From the NCBI RefSeq assembly GCF_964204645.1, contig NC_134026.1, positions 9,695,950 through 9,759,949 on the forward strand: a stretch of 64,000 bases of DNA, in the 5' to 3' direction. This document shows, one piece after another, positions 63,418 through 64,000 of this stretch (the stretch's first letter is position 1; every line of letters starts with the position of its first letter). The notes under the pieces were generated by a model that saw only the letters and a program-made list of their open reading frames with translations, searched no databases and had not been told where the DNA came from. Source of the DNA: Tubulanus polymorphus (Eukaryota > Animalia > Nemertea). The translations under genes were made by a program, and so were the position numbers.

Positions 63418-64000
63418 CCCTTAGCCTGCGTCACCTGGTTACCCATAGACAGCGTCACCAGATTTACCCTATAAATCACCCTATAGTATCCCTATATGAA
63501 ATATGCTGTAGTGACCATACCTGAAGAGATACCAACATCAAACTTCCCCAATATGTTGGAAACATATAATACTACATTTCTGCATAAAAAATTTAGCCTC
63601 AATAATGGTTACCATGGCAACCGAATATTTAAATATGGCCGACATTTAATATAAATTGGTAGAAAATGGCATATTTTGTAACATTACACATATTGGGGAA
63701 GAGTCAGACATTGTAAATGCATGTTTCTACACACCTTATAATGTTTTCTTTATGATTATATAAGTTTATAACTGAAGGAAACATTAGAAGGCATAAATTT
63801 GATGATTTTAGAAAATTCCAAAATAAGAAAATTTGATGAAAAATTTTTTTTTTATACAGAATTGTATTTATTTGTATTTCCCTGCAAATCTATTCATAAC
63901 TCTCATAATATAATCAGTGAGCATATATATTCAATATCAAGCCATGGAAATGCTATAAATGCAATTCCTTTGATCCTACCATCATTCAGTTGTTGAACTG
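63418..64000. mobile_element. Probable piggyBac-type non-autonomous element, left end (runs off the window)
   Basis: TTAA-CCCTTAG terminus (63414-63424) truncates the LINE. Confidence 0.6.

Overview
AT-rich eukaryotic DNA, most likely from a marine invertebrate (inferred from the transposon repertoire). The window consists almost entirely of nested, decayed transposable elements, and I found no intact host gene. Recognisable elements include piggyBac (three transposase remnants and one MITE end), MULE, THAP and P-element, hAT (near full length), Kolobok-type, Helitron and Helentron-like elements, several MITEs, BEL/Pao, Gypsy (one with a possible env-like remnant), DIRS and Ngaro tyrosine-recombinase retroelements, Penelope-like elements (RT plus a hammerhead core) and CR1/L2/RTE LINEs. 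The most striking pattern is a sharp orientation switch. Essentially every orientable coding remnant from 0.3 to 27 kb lies on the + strand, and essentially every one from 30.4 to 63.4 kb lies on the - strand. Divergent transcription from about 27-30 kb would therefore be antisense to almost all elements, the architecture expected of a bidirectional piRNA (transposon-trap) cluster. Family calls come from manual motif recognition, not database searches, and many boundaries are approximate.
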